This document shows, piece after piece, positions 36,396 to 50,998 of a stretch of 64,000 nt of DNA. The stretch's first letter is position 1; each line of letters starts with the position of its first letter. Source of the DNA: Cycas panzhihuaensis (lineage: Eukaryota > Plantae > Cycadophyta); NCBI GenBank assembly GCA_023213395.1, contig CM041465.1:110057741-110121740 (forward strand), read 5' to 3'. Position numbers and translations under genes: made by a program. Under the pieces are notes generated by a model. It made no database searches and was not told the DNA's origin. It saw only the letters and a program-made list of their open reading frames with translations.

Positions 36396-36840
36396 ATGAG
36401 AAGATATTGACTCTCTTAGAGATCTATAGGATATTGGATCCAATCTTTCCTTATGCATCTATATTGGAAGAGCCTATGGCGTGGAACATCATTAACTACA
36501 CACTATTGGGAAATTAGATTGAGAACTTTAGTCCTCCATTATAGGATTGAGAAATGATGGAAAACATGTTGATGGAGTTGAAGCTCTATGAGTCAAAGCT
36601 CAAGGTAGTAGAGGACAAGTAGCATCATCTATGGAGGATGATGTTAATGCAGACTGACACTCAAGTTACTCCTTCAGAGAGTACTAGAGTGCAACAGGGG
36701 AGACAGTTTCCATCGAGGAGAGAGTCAACATATGGGTAGACTCCAAGTAGAGGGGAGAGGGCAGAGCCAAGAGAACAAGAGTGAGATCATAGAGATGAGT
36801 ATATTTTATATATGGAGACCAGATATGAGGGAGATATAAC
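36396..36840 (+). pseudogene. Downstream exon of C's antisense gene (helical/charged)
   Basis: DEKILTLLEIYR...EMMENMLMELKLYESKLKVVEDK...; same frame continues through stops. Confidence 0.45.
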
Positions 36841-37588
36841 ACATTTTGCTAGCCTCAGATGTTGTATCATGAGTCACATAGTGACATATATATTGTATAT
36901 TGACCATGTTCTATATATATTTGTATATTGATTATTTCAGTTATGATTTGTGTAACATATGTGATTTGATCATTGTCTCTAAACCCATTCCCCCTTTTTT
37001 ATCCCTCTTTTTCATATTATGCATAATATGCATTCATCAACATGAATGTCCATTAAAGCATATGATTTTTTTTTATGTCTTTTGTCATTTTTATTTTTTT
37101 GGTTTTTTTATTAAATATATACATGATAGTTTATACTTATTTCAAAGTACAAGGGGTCTTGAAGAAGAAAAAATATAAGAGATAATGAAAGAAAGAAAAT
37201 AAATTAATGGATGAAAGGAAGTTAATTATAAATATAAAACCATTTTGGAAACAAGTAGTAATAGGTTTATAAAAATGAAAGATGGAATAGCATAAGTCTT
37301 TTGAAAAGAAAAACTTATATAATTCACACCATACTCAAGATAGATTATATAAACATAAATCAAAATCCATATTTATATAATATATCTTTAAAAAACATGT
37401 TGTTTATGATGTGAAAGACTAATTTCACATGGGTCTATTTTTTCTAATACTTCATTTTATCTTTAAACCTATCAATTTAACCTTCATACTACTCATACTT
37501 ATACCTTCAAAACCTATATTTTATACTCTTTATGAAGTGGAAGTTTATACTTATTCTAGAGTAGGATGCCCCTAATATAAGATGAAAG

Positions 37589-37993
37589 TTATCCAAGATA
37601 GTCAACTAGGATAAAAGAACCTAAAGCGTCAGATTTAACATTGAGAGCTGAGTAAACAAATTGGATAGTAACTCAAGAAAATAAGGACACCAATGATGAA
37701 GCTTGATGGTAAATGGAAAGGAACTATGAAGAGTAGATTTGATATATCAAAACTAATTGATAAGCCACAATCTGTGAATTAGAGTAAATGGTAATAGGAT
37801 TATAATAGGATTATACAATATTAAAAAAATCTCCTATAATAGCAAGGTATTTAGCTTCATTATTGGTTGCTCTAGGGAGAACCAAACTGGCAGATAAAAG
37901 GACATTCCTTGATGGGTTATAAATCACCCAAGTTACAATAGACAATCCTGAGTTATCTCTACTACCTCTATTAGTGAAAATATTTAATACCAT
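37589..37993 (-). pseudogene. Stand-alone aRH ORF of element C
   Basis: 135 codons: MVLNIFTNRGSRDNSGLS..ATNNEAKYLAIIG..NPITIYSNSQIV..QL..LNVKSDALG; homologous to 5047-5476. Confidence 0.87.
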
Positions 37994-39017
37994 TGAAAAA
38001 TAAGACCAATATTTACAAACAGTATGATCAATAAAGGGAAAATATAGGAATCAACAAGTAAGGAGATGGTAATAAATGAAAATAGATTAGTTTTTACTAC
38101 AAGAGGAAAGAGGAAAAATCATAATTAGGATAAGAATAGTCAATTATAAAAGGGTGTCAAGTATGATTTGATCACAATTAAGGCTATGATAAACCCATAC
38201 AACTAGACTTGAACATCCTAAATGACTCATCTAAATAAACCTAACCTATTAGGAGTATAAGAGGGAACGAAGTCATCATGTGACTTGACCTACATTATAA
38301 GATGATAATGATAATATATATATATATATATATTATTCTTTTTTTTATTTTTACTTTCACTTTTTTTTTTTTTTAATATTTACAAGAGAAAGAGCAGCAT
38401 AACCATCTAATTATGAAGTAGCTCCTCTTAGTGCAATAAGGATTTTTCCTTTTTAATGAAACTAAGATGAAATAAAAGAAACTAAACTCTTTAAAGGTTA
38501 AACCATGAGAAAATGGAGGAGATCTAAATCATGATATCTCCAAATATAAGGGAATTTGGCAGAATAAGTATTCACCTCAAAAGTGTAAATAGAGAAAACC
38601 AATTATAACAAAAAGAAAAGAAAAATAATTGATAAATGACGAAAAAGGAATCCCCAAGGTAAAAACTAATATATAAAGGATGACCTAAGCAATTGTTATA
38701 GCAAATAAAGCTAACAAAATAAATCGTTTCTCAAGAACAACTATGAATGGCAAAATTAGGGGCCTAAATTCCCTATTGAGTGTGGAGATTAAAAGAGAAG
38801 GTGATAGATAACTATAAAAGAGAAATACTTACAACTAATGCATATGCCAAAAAGGGCAATAGCTTTGCATGATTATAAGATCACCACTTTATGAAAGTAA
38901 AAGAAAATTGAAGAAATGTGAAGAGTAGTTAAACAAGAGAATTATCTATAGTTTTAGCTTATTAGACAATAAAAAAATTTAGAGTCATAGTTTATCCTCA
39001 TTATGGAAACATTCCAT

Positions 39018-39340
39018 TAGGGATAAGACATCCTCAAATATTAAGAGTTAATAAGATTCTTAAATTCCAAGCCTTACATCATAGACATTTGGTAAGAACC
39101 ATTATTTAGATCTTTAATGAGTAAGTAAGGTCTAGTCCATTTGGGAGAAAACTTTTATTGTTTATCATTGAGATATTCTAGTTTCAAACATTATCACCAA
39201 TATAGAATTTCCTAGGTCTAAGATATCTATCATGAGTAGCTTAAGTACTATATATATAAGCCATATTATTTTGTAGTACCTATAAATGAGTCTCATCTAC
39301 TTTTCAAGTTCTAAGAGACGTGCCTCCCTTTGGAACTCTT
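39018..39340 (-). pseudogene. Integrase C-terminus (GPY/F) of element C
   Basis: KFSPKWTRPYLLIKDLNNGSYQM...LINS*YLRMSYP*. Confidence 0.82.
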
Positions 39341-39795
39341 TGAAGAGAAAATATAACCGCAGAAGCAATGTAATAACAGAATTTTAAACCATGCAAAGAA
39401 CAAATAGCATAAACAAATCAAGTACTCAACAAAGAACACTAGGAGATTTAGGTGTAAGCATAGACCTTTTATTAATTTGAGCAATAGATAAATAATTACA
39501 GAGATGAATAAACCCTAACTCTCCTCATTGACTCATCCATATCATATCATGTTACATGTGCTGTTACATAAGAATATATAGACATAATATTATAAGATAC
39601 CACCTTGCAGTTTTACAATATAATGGGTATAAACCACAAGCCAACAAAGACCCTCATAAGACACCCAAACTTTTTTCTTGGGGGCTCCCTCCCTTAAACC
39701 CAGATTTGAAGTCGTTTAGCCCATAGCCCACAAAGAGTCTTAAGTGTAGCACCTATACCCATGTAATACTTGCAAAGTATTCAACATATCTAACA
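39341..39795 (-). repeat. 3' LTR of copia-2
   Basis: TG...CA, 455 bp; adjacent decayed PPT at 39796-39807. Confidence 0.92.
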
Positions 39796-39879
39796 ATCTA
39801 CTACTTGTTGAATACTTTACAAGAAACCTGCATACACAACTATTGAAAGTCGAAATTGCGAACACCTATTACAATTCTA

Positions 39880-42800
39880 TACCATCTAAATTTTTCTATG
39901 CTAATAATCTTGGTCAATGAGTCTACAACCTTCTGTTGTGTAGCAATCTTCTACAAATTCACCTTGTGATCTTAAACTATTTCCCTCACAAAATGGAACT
40001 ACATATCAATATGCTTTGACCAAGCATGAAGAATTAGATTCTTTGCTAAGTAGATTGTAATATGACTATTATAATCTATCCTCATGGCATCCTGATTAAA
40101 TCCAATATCTATACATAATCTTTATAACTAAACAACTTCCTTACATGCATGAGTAACTACTATATACTCTGCTTCTATGCTAGAAAGTACCACAACTTGT
40201 CGTCTTTTACTCATCTAGCTAATTCTGCCACCACAAAGGGTAAAAACACACCTGCTTATAGATATTTTGTTGTTAAGATCTCCAACCTAATCAACATCAA
40301 CAAAACCTCTTAGGTTCACTATTCTACTCTCCATGGGATCTCCTTGATAGCAAATTCCATAATCTAATGTACCTTGTATATACCTAAAAATTCTATTCAC
40401 AGCCACCTAATGCTCCTTGCTTGGGTTTGACATATACCTACTAACTACTCCCACTGTATGGGCAATGTTTGGTAAAGTGCAAACCATCACATATATCAGG
40501 CTACCAATAACACTAGCATAAGGGACAGATTCCATGTATTCAACTTCTTGGTGAGTCTTTGGGAATTGTTCAGCCGATAGTTTTAAACCAATAGAAAGAG
40601 GAATATTAACTAGTTTACTAACCTGCAACTTAAACTATTGTAATATTGTCTCAATGTACCATCTTTGGATAAGCCAAATCTTCCTATTTGTCCTATCCCT
40701 TTTAATCTCAATGCCTAAAATAAAACATACAGTACCAAGATCCTTCATCTCAAAATGAGATGCTAGTTGGTATTTCATAAGTTAATTGGTTTCTTTATTG
40801 TTTCTAACAAAAAGGATATCATTAATATATAAAGCCAAAATAACAAAAATGATCACCAACCTATTTATAATAAACATAATGATATACTTTACTATGCACA
40901 AAGACATTCACTAATATATGTGAATCAAACTTCTGATACCACATCCTTGGTGATTGTTTAAATCCATATAATGACTTCTTGAACCTGCACACCATATTCT
41001 CCTTTCCTGTAACTTCAAACCCTTTAGGCTATAATATATAAATTTCTTCCTTAAGGTCACCATGATGAAATGCTATTTTCACATCCATTTGATCCACCTC
41101 AAGGTCATAGGAAGTTGCTACAGCCAACAAAAATCTAATTGAAATAACTTTTGCAACAAGAGAAAACACCTCACCAAAATCTATTCCCTTGACCTAGGAA
41201 TAGCCCTTTGCTACTTAGTGAGCCTTCTACTTTTCTACAGTACCATCTACCCAGAACTTCTTCTTAAAGATCCATTTGTTATCAACAAGTTTTCTGCCAC
41301 CAAGTAGATCCACCAAATCCCACTTATTATTTTTATCTAAGGCCATCATTTCTTCTTGCATGGACTTCATCCAAAGTTGGATCTCTTTTGACTCTAGAGT
41401 CTCTTGAATAGTACCTGGATCATCATCTATAGCAGATAAAATAAAAGAGGAGTAATGAAAGCCTTCAAGAATATACCTGTCAGGCTATCTTCACTCATGA
41501 GTTGATCTCCTTAATATATGGGGTTCTTGAGGTTGAACTACCTCTATAGTTGGTTCTTTCTCTTTACCTAACTCATATTCTAATGTAGAATACTCATCCC
41601 TTACTTTAAATTATATCTTCTTAGAGTGTTCCTCCCCTGGTTCTTCAACTTGCTTTAGAGACTTAAACTCCTCTCTAAAGACAACATTATGACTATATAT
41701 AACATTTTATATTTCAAGGTTATAAAGCTTATATCCTTTAACACCATCATTATAGCTAATGAAAATAGTTTTTTTTGCTTTGAAATCAAGCTTAGTTCTT
41801 TGTTGTTTAGGAACATGTATAAAAGCTTCACAACCAAAATCTCTAAGATGACCAAGAGATGGTTTCTTACCAGACTGCACTTCTTTAGGTGTTTTGTATA
41901 CTAAGGCAGTTGTTGGTGATTTATTTATCAGGTAGCTTGCAATCATCACAGCCTCCACCTATAATTTCTTCTCTAATCTAGTAGCACTGGGCATACTCCT
42001 TGATCTCTTCAGCAAGGTCCTATTCATCCTTTTAGCAACTCCGTACTGCTATGGTATATAGGGAATTATCTTTTGCCTTCTATCCCACACTGCTTATAGA
42101 ACTGCTCAAACTCCTTTGAGCAAAACTCTCCTCCATTATAAATCCTAAGTACCTTAATCCACTTGTCATTCTAATTCTTGACTAAGGCCTTGAATTCTTT
42201 GAATTTATTGAAGACTTTAGATTTCTGCTTGAGAAAGTATAGCCATGTCTTTCATGAAAAATCATCTATGAATGACACAAAGTATTTAGACCCACCTAAT
42301 GAGGGTACATCAACAAGTCCAAAAACATCATTGTACACCAATTTTAGAATACCCTTTGCTCTTTTCAAGCTTAAAGGAAAACTGACTCAATTCTATTTTC
42401 CATACACACAATGCTCACAGAAATCAAAATCAAAGGAGCCATTAATTTTAGAGATGTCTTCTGCCATATCTTTGGAGAATAAATCATGGAGGCCTCTCTC
42501 TCCAATATGGCCCAATCTCTGATGCCACAACATAGCTTTACCAATAAGTGATATTTGAGTCCCACCTTCATTATTACTATATTATGTAATAGCTAAACTA
42601 CAACTTCTAGCACGCACTGTACTTACATCAAGCTTGTATAATGTTCTAAATCAGACCCCTCTTACTAACACCAACACTCCTTGAACTATTCTATAATTAT
42701 ATTTATTGAAGATCACTTTTATTCCTACATCACCTAATTGACTGATAGATAATAGACTCATCCAAACCAGGAATATGACTCATATCAAAGATAGTTTTAT

Positions 42801-43803
42801 CCTTTCCATCCCCAAATCAAACCTTTACCCTTCTACAACCCACAATTTTATATGGGTAATGATCCCTAAAAAGTGCTTCACCTCTATCAATCCTTGTGTA
42901 TTCATAAAACCAATCCCTATGGGAAGTAATATAAAGCAAAGTACCAGAGTCAATTAACTAAGACTCAATATTTGACAACTTACCTAAGTTTACCAAATAA
43001 ACATCGTCATTAGCTTCATCAGAGGCTTTTGTTACCATGAAAGAAGTAGCTTCAAGTGACTTTCCTTTGTCAACCTTAATTGGATATTGGCTCTTCATAT
43101 AGCAAGCCCTTCCATATCTCTAGCATACCAAAGGTCCTCTGTCTAGGGATTTGGATTTTGGTCATCTGTTCTTAGGACTTTATTGGTTGCAATCCAATAT
43201 TTGACCTCTCACTGCTAATGCTTCTTTTGAATAACCCTCAAAAAAATTTTGCCTTATCTCTTTTGACAGCACAACATCAATAATATCATCAAATTTTAGG
43301 ATGGTAGTAGTTATGCTACTAATCATCATCACAAGATTATCCTATGAATCAAGAAGCAAATATAGCAGGGTAATACACTTGTCTTCTTCATACATTATTA
43401 TCTAAACTGAAACAAGTTGGCTCACCATGGTGTTAAATGTAGTGAGATAATCTGTAACTACATCTCTATTACTCATCCTAACTGAATGCAGCTTTTTCCA
43501 TAGAAATAACTTATTAACTAGGGACTTTGTCTGATACAAAACCTCTAACTTTCTCCAAAGATCTTTGGCCATGGACTCTATAGCAACATTTAATAATACC
43601 GTGTCTAAAAGATGTAACCTTATTGAACTGATTGCCTTTTGGTTAAGCTTCTTCTAGTCTTCATCACCCACAATCGTAGGCTTTATTCCTACTACAATGA
43701 TCCATTGATCCTTCTTGATGAGGATATCTTCCATCTTTAGCTTCCATAGCTCAAAGTTTTGGCCATTAAACTTTTCAATCTCTATCTTTATAGTGCTTGC
43801 CAT
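39880..43803 (-). pseudogene. copia-2 gag-pol, first copy
   Basis: Starts MASTIKIEIEKFNGQNFELWKLKMEDIL. ORFs 41707 (integrase) and 40407 (RT: VPYASVIGSLIY..VGVVSRYMSNP). Confidence 0.93.
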
Positions 43804-43885
43804 GATCTTTGTACTCAAGTTCACCGAGCAAGGCTTCCACTTAATGGATTCTCACAGAACTAAAACCCTTAGCTCTAATACTAAA

Positions 43886-44284
43886 TGAAGAGAAAATATA
43901 ACTATAGTAGCAAGGTAATAATAGAACTTTAAATCATGCAAAGAACAAATAGCATAAATAAATCAAGCACTCAATAAAGAACACTAAGAGATTCAGGTAT
44001 AAGCATAGACCTTTTATTAATCTAATCAACAACTAAAGAATTATAGAGATGAATAAAACTCAACTCTCCGCATCAACTCATCCACACCATATCATGCTAC
44101 ATGTGCCATTACATAAGAATATATAGACATAATATTATAATATATTGCCTTGTGATTTTTTAATATAATAAGCATAAACCATAGGCCGATAAAGACCCCA
44201 ATAAGACATACAAAATTTTTTCTTGGGGGCAGGTGTAATTCCTATACCCATGTAATACTTGCAAAGAGTTCAACATATTTAATA
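43886..44284 (-). repeat. Shared middle LTR of the copia-2 tandem
   Basis: Decayed iMet PBS on one side (43872-43884) and PPT (atatcccacttg) on the other; ~60-bp internal deletion relative to 39341-39795. Confidence 0.92.
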
Positions 44285-44369
44285 ATATCCCACTTGTTGA
44301 ACACTTTATAAGAAACTTGTATACACAACCATTGAATACCGAAATCATAAATACCCATTATAATTTTAT

Positions 44370-46610
44370 ACCATCTAAATTTTTATGTGATAATAATCTT
44401 GGTCAATGAGTCTGTAGCATTCTCTTATGTAGCAATCTTCTACAAATCCACCTTGTGACCTTAAACCATTTCCCTCATAAAATGGAACTGCATATCAATA
44501 TGCTTTAGCCGAGCATGACAAATAGGATTCTTTGCCAGGTAGATTATACTTTGACTATCACAATCTACCCTCACAACATCCTGCTTAAAGACAATATATA
44601 TGCATAATCTTTACAACCAAACCACTTCCTTGCATGCATGAGTAGCTACCATATACTCTGCTTCTATGCTACAAAGTACCACAACTTACTATCTTTTACT
44701 CATCTAGCTAACTACGTAACCATAAAGGGTAAAAACATACCCTCTTATAGATCTTCTATTGTCAAGATCTCTAGCCCAACCAGTATCAATAAAACCTCTC
44801 AAGTTTACTATTCTACTCTTTATGGGATCTCCTTAATAGAAAATTCCATAGTCTGATGTACCTCACAGATACCTAAAAATCCTTTTCATGGCCACCCAAT
44901 ACTCCCTGCCTAGATTTGATATATACCTACTAACTACTCCTATTACATGGGCAATGTCTAGTCGAGTGTAAACCATGGCATACACATATGCTACCAATAG
45001 TACTAGCATAAGGGACAAATGCCATGTATTCATCTTCTTGGTGAGTCTTTGGGCATTACTTAGTTGATAGTTTTAAACCAACAAAAATAGGAATATTAAC
45101 TGGTTTACTATCCTACAACCTAAACCACTGTAATATTGTCTCAATGTACCATCTTTGGCTAAGCCAAATCTTTCTATTTATCCTATCCATTCTAATCTCA
45201 ATGCCTAAAATAAAATATGCAACACCAAGATCCTTCATCTCAAAATTAGATGTCAATCATCCTTTGACAAGTTGATTCATTTCTTTATTATTTCTAATTA
45301 AAAGTGTATCATCAACATATAAAGCTAAAATAATAAAATGATCATCAACCTACTTATAATAAATATAATAATCTACTTTGTTATGCATAAAGATAATCAC
45401 CAACATATGTAAATCAAAATTATGATATCACATCCTTGGTGATTGTTATAAGATGTATAATAACTTCTTCAACTTGTACACCATATTCTCCTTTCCTGCA
45501 ACTTCAAACCCTTTAAGATGCAACATATAAATTTCTTCCTCGAAGTCACCATGAAGAAATCCAGTCTTCACATCTTTTTGATTCATCTTAAGGTTATATG
45601 TAGCTTTTGCATCCAATAAAAATATAATTGAAGTAACTTTTGCAACAAGAAAAACCACCTCACCAAAATATATTTCCTTAACCTAGGAATAGCCTTTTAT
45701 TACCAAGCGAGCCTTGTACTTTTCCACAATACCATCTACCTAGAACTTCTTCTTGAAGATCCATTTGTTATCAATAGGTTTTCTACCATCAGGTAAATCC
45801 ACCAAATCCCATATGTTATTTTTGTTTAAGTCCATCATTTCTTCTTGTATGGCCTTCATCTAGAGTTAGCTCTCTTTTGACTTTAGAGCCTCCCAAATAG
45901 TACCTAGATCATCATCTATAGCAGATAAAATAAAAGAGGGATGAAAGTCTTCAGGAATTTACATATCAGGATATCTTTTCTCATAAGTTGATCTCCTCAA
46001 GGTGTGGGTTTCTTGAGGTTGAGCTACCTCTATAGTTGGTTCTTCCTCTTCAACTAACTCACATTCTGATGTAGAACCTTCATCCCTTACTTTAAATTGT
46101 ACCTTGCTAGAGTGTTCCTTCTTTGGTTCTTCATCCTATTTTAGAGACTTGAACTACTCTCTAAAGACAACATCATGACTATATATAACCTTTTATATTT
46201 AAATGTTATAAAGCTTTTATCCTTTAATAACATCACCATATCCAATGAAAATAGTCTTTTATACTTTGAAATCAATTTTAGTCCTTTACTATTTAGGAAC
46301 ATGCATAAAAGCTTCACAACTAAAAACTCTAAGATGACCAAGAGACGGTTTCTTACCAAACCACATTTTCTTAGGTGTTTTGTATATTAAGGCAGTTGTT
46401 GGTGATCTATTTATCAGGTATCTTGCAATCATCATAGCCTCTACCTAGAATTTCTTCTCTAATCTAGTAGAACTAAGCATACTCCTCTATCTCTCTAGCA
46501 AGGTCCTATTCATCCTTTCAGCAACTCCGTACTACTATGGCATATAGGGAATTATCATTTGCCTTGCTATCACATACTACTTACAGAACTCCTCAAACTC
46601 CTTTGAGCAA
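44370..46610 (-). pseudogene. copia-2 second copy (part of INT, RT, RH)
   Basis: Collinear with 39880-42125. Confidence 0.92.
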
Positions 46611-46709
46611 AGGGGCTCATGTGCAATGGCTATACCCCATAAAGGGGCTTGGGTATAACACCTATACCCATATAACACTTAGAAAGTGTTTAATATATCT
46701 AACACTATT

Positions 46710-49400
46710 CATTAGTAAATTCTTTTTATAAGATATGTAAAGAGACAATCTCAACTTCTAATAGGAGAATAGCCTCTACAACATAAATTAGAGAGAATGT
46801 AATCATACTTGTAGCATTTCTAATCAAAGTCCTATATGCCCACAATGCCAAAAATAGTTAGGTATACCAATCTCTATGTGAAGTCACCATGGTCTTAGTT
46901 AAGGTTTTATTAAATGTCTCTACTTGGCCATTTACTTATGGATAATAAGGGGCAGATAGACTATGTGTAATATGGAACTTATCACATAGCTTATTGACAT
47001 AGGAATTATAAAACAAAGACCCATTATCAGTGATGGTGATATCAAGTACCCCAAATCTACAAATAACATATTAAAGAATAAACATAGCGATAATCTTTCC
47101 TATAACAGAAACTAATAGAATGGCTCCACTCCATTTGGTGAAATATTCATTTATAGTAATAATGAATTTATGGCCATTAGATAAAGCTAGAAAGATTTGA
47201 CTAATGAGATTAAAGCCCCATTTAGAGAGGGTCCAAGAAGAAATAATAGATTTTAGATCTTGGGTAAGTTTATGAATTAACTTCAAATGGGATTGGCATT
47301 TTTTACACTTTTACACATAAGGATGTGTATCTTTAAATAAAGTAGGTTAGCAATTACCCATACAGAGGATATGTTGGGCAGCAAATTGGCCACCAAAATG
47401 ACCACTACGTATTGTATCATGGTACTCTGTTAAGACCACAAGAGCCTCATCAGTAGAGAGACACCTCAATATAATCCCATTAAAGGAATGTTTATAGAGT
47501 ATGACATTAAGTAATAAGTATTGTTGAGTAGTAGCCCAAATTCATCCTCTCTTCTTTGATGTAGAAGAAGATACGAGGGTTTGATTAAGAAGATAATATT
47601 TAATCTCTCTTTACTAAGTATCATCAGAAGAGATAGTCTAGATATGGATGGCATGTTCATTAGGAAGTGTGTCATTAATAGGTTAAATAATTAGGTTCAA
47701 CAATGGAGAATTAGCCATGATCTCTATAATGACCATACTTTTCTTGGATTTCTAATAAATAATTTGAAAGTCAAACTCTTCTAATAATGGGGACCATTTA
47801 CCTATTCACCTAGTAAGGTTTATTTTAGTTAATAGATATCTGATGGGATCAAATTAAATGATAAGGACATTATTTCCAAGAAGGTACCAACACAATTTCT
47901 TAATGGCAAATACTAAAGAAAGATATTCTTTCTTTATGGGGGTAGTGAAGTTTAGCTGCTACTAAAGTTCTACTAATAAAGTAAATTACTCATTCTTTAG
48001 TAAAGTCATCTTCTTGTGCCAACATGCGTGTTAATGATTCTTCTATAGAAGAATATTATAGAATGAATGGTTTATTAAACATTAAGGGAGTAATCATAAC
48101 GACTAAGATTAATGCTTGATTTAATATATTAAAGGACCCCTGAACTTGAGGGCTCCATTATAATTTGACATCTTTCTTTAAAAGATTGGTAAGAGGATTA
48201 GCATCTAGGATGAAGTAAGTAATGAAATGTCTCAAAAAACCTAGCCTACTTGAGAAAGATTTGATTTATTTTTGGGTCTTTAGGGGAGGTATTTCAACAA
48301 TTACCTTTACTTTATCAGGATCTACTCTTATTCCATCATGGGAGATAGTATTACTTAGTATCTTTCATGAGGTCACCACAAAAACATATTTGGATGGATT
48401 TAAGCATAAATGATATTTTCTATACCTTTCAAAAATCATCCTTAGATTATGCATATGGTCTTACCATCTATGAGAGAGAGTAAGTGTGTCACCTAGATAG
48501 ATAGCTATAATATTGCCAATTAAATTATGAAAAATAAAGACCATCATTCTTTGATACATAGCCCTAGTATTCTTTAACCTGAAAGGCATGACTTTATAAA
48601 TGAAAGTACCCTAAGGAGTAGTAAAAGAAGTTTTATGATGGTCCCAAAATGTAATAGAGATTTTATTATATCCATAGAAACTATCCATAAGGGGCATAAC
48701 TTTGAAACCAGTTATTTCATCCTAAATTTGATCAAGAAAGGGAAGAAGAAATTTGTTTTTAAGATAAGTATCATTAATATCCTAAAAGTCAATATAAATT
48801 TAAATCAAACCATTCTGCTTGGCAACGGGGACTATATTTAAAACCAATTGAGAGTAATCAACACTTTTAATTTATCTAACTTTTAACAGCATTTCAACCT
48901 ATTGCTTAATCGTGGTGGAAATATATGGATGAATATGCCTTTGTTTTTGGCACTTAAGTTTGATACTATAGATAATAGTGATATCATATTCAATAATATT
49001 AGAATCAAGACCCTATATATCATTGTAAACCCAAGTAAAAACTAAACAAAACTCTTAAAAGAGATCCTTAAATAAGGAGATTTATTCAATAAAATAATTG
49101 GCTCTAACCTTAATAATTTTAGGAGTATGCCCTAACTCTAAGTCATATTAATGGTTTCTTCTATGGGCATGGTATTACTATCTTCAAAATAAGGAGGATT
49201 AGGTTCTATGAGAGAAACCAATTCCTTAGATTGAGAGTGATCGATTAATGGTAAATCAGGTTATATCAACTTTGGAAAACCTAACTTATAGTAGAAAGAG
49301 GGGAAAGTAGGAGTTGATCTTTCTAAATATCCAAGGATTGCCACATTATTTTTAAAATAATCTAAATAAAAAGGTCTATGAGGACAAGATTTTTTATAGG
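46710..49400 (-). pseudogene. pol: RT-RH-integrase of element C
   Basis: ORF 47071 (WGFNLI...NGHKFIITINEYFTKW); FTTP*GTF.YKVMPF.LKN; YLGD at the YxDD site. Confidence 0.88.
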
Positions 49401-50998
49401 TTAAAAGAAAAAGAAAACAACTTAGGAAGTTGGGAATCATCAAAGAAAGAGTTTGATGAGTTGGTACAAACTCAATAATTGAAGGAACTTTGGAAAAAGC
49501 AATAGGTTTATCAATAAATTTTAAAGTTGAGGTAAAAGATTTCTCAAACTCATGATGGTAAAGAGAGTGACTTTGGTTAAGAAAAGCCACATGGATAAGA
49601 GATGATAAAGAATTATCAATAGGGTCATGAGGGGGAAAGGAAATAATTAAAACCAAATTCACCTCTTGAACTCTATTAGATATAATTTGATTTCTTTAAG
49701 ACATAGTATGCAATGGAATAACTTCATCATCCACTACTAAATCAAGGTGCCTATGCAATGATATTTTATTCTCGTACTTATTCAATGATATGGTTAAAAG
49801 AGAGGATTAAGAGAAAAGATTTGTTGTATGAGTAGGCACATTATGTAAATGTGAAACTATATGATCTATTAAGGTAATCGTAATAACAGAGGAAACCAAA
49901 GTATTAGTCATCGAAGGTAAGCATAAAACTTATGAAAATGACCTTCACTAGAGAGTGAAAAGTTTGAATCAGTTATTTGACTCATGGTTGTTTCCTCATA
50001 AAGTGCAATAGAATGTGATATTATCTCTTCATAAGGAGAGGAAGGGGAAAAAAAGATTAATAGGTAGGACCCATAAGATTGAGAACTGATGAAGAACATG
50101 GTTTAATAGGAATGATTTGAACCAAATCAATGCCTTTTACTTCTCCCTAAGGAGGGGGAGTTTCAATGGTGAAATATTACCCTAGGTTTAAAGATTGAAA
50201 GAAGTATTCTAAAGAGTTATATAATTCACCAGGTTCAAAGAAATCCTCAATGAGTGATGTTAGAAATATTTACCTAATATTAACTTATGAGTAATGTAAT
50301 TAATATTAAAGTCAACATTGTATTCCAAAAGGTTTGGTGAAATTAACAACTATCCATTTCAACAAACTCCTACCTTCTTTATTCTAGAATCTTTTAAGCA
50401 TGTGAGCTTGGGAGGTTACCATGGTTGCATAGGGTAGGCTATTTGAATTTACAAAGAGAGGATGAGATCCTTGGCCATCTCCTTTGTATTCTGTTTATTA
50501 TTATTATAATAAAACTTATATTATTTCAAGGTGGTTTTTCTTCCTCTAAAGGGGTTTTCCACTTACCAAATACTTTGTGCAGATATGTGATTGTGTATTG
50601 TTAGTAATTTAAATATTATACATATAAATTCTTAATGTAACCCTCTCTCCAACGTGGTATCAAAGCAAGTCTGAAGAGTCACTTATGTGCTAAGAGAGTG
50701 TGATGAAAGAAGGGTACGCTTATAAACTATGTAATCAAAAAATAGAGGAGAACACTAAATAAAAGCAAGTAGCTATGAAGAAGTACACAACCATAAAAAA
50801 AGAGATGAATTACAAAGAACATACAAAAGATAATTCATAGATGAGTAAGTGATTACACAAAATAATATGAGATAGAAATGAAAAAGCCTACATATAGGGT
50901 AAAATAAAGAGAAATACAGGCAGACCTCAAAAGCCAAACAAAGAATAATTGCAGGAGTAAAAAATTTCTTTGGAATCTTGAAGACCATGCTAAAAGTA

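Larger units (their letters stand above)
39341..46704 (-). mobile_element. Ty1/copia (Tork/Tnt1-like) tandem complex: LTR-internal-LTR-partial internal-LTR fragment
   Basis: LTRs at 39341-39795, 43886-44284 and a fragment at about 46610-46704. TSD ctctt (39336-39340) / ctatt (46705-46709); element C's integrase rejoins across it. Confidence 0.9.
34306..50257 (-). mobile_element. Older Ty3/gypsy Tat-like element C (3' region and pol), interrupted by copia-2 and cut off by copia-3
   Basis: RT/RH/INT remnants at 46710-49400 rejoin the integrase C-terminus at 39018-39340; aRH and the antisense PMD homolog lie downstream. LTRs not identified in the window. Confidence 0.75.

Noticed and set aside
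50655-50666. tRNA-like sequence
   Set aside because: Only the 12-nt PBS complement; no cloverleaf. The same applies to the other PBS sites.
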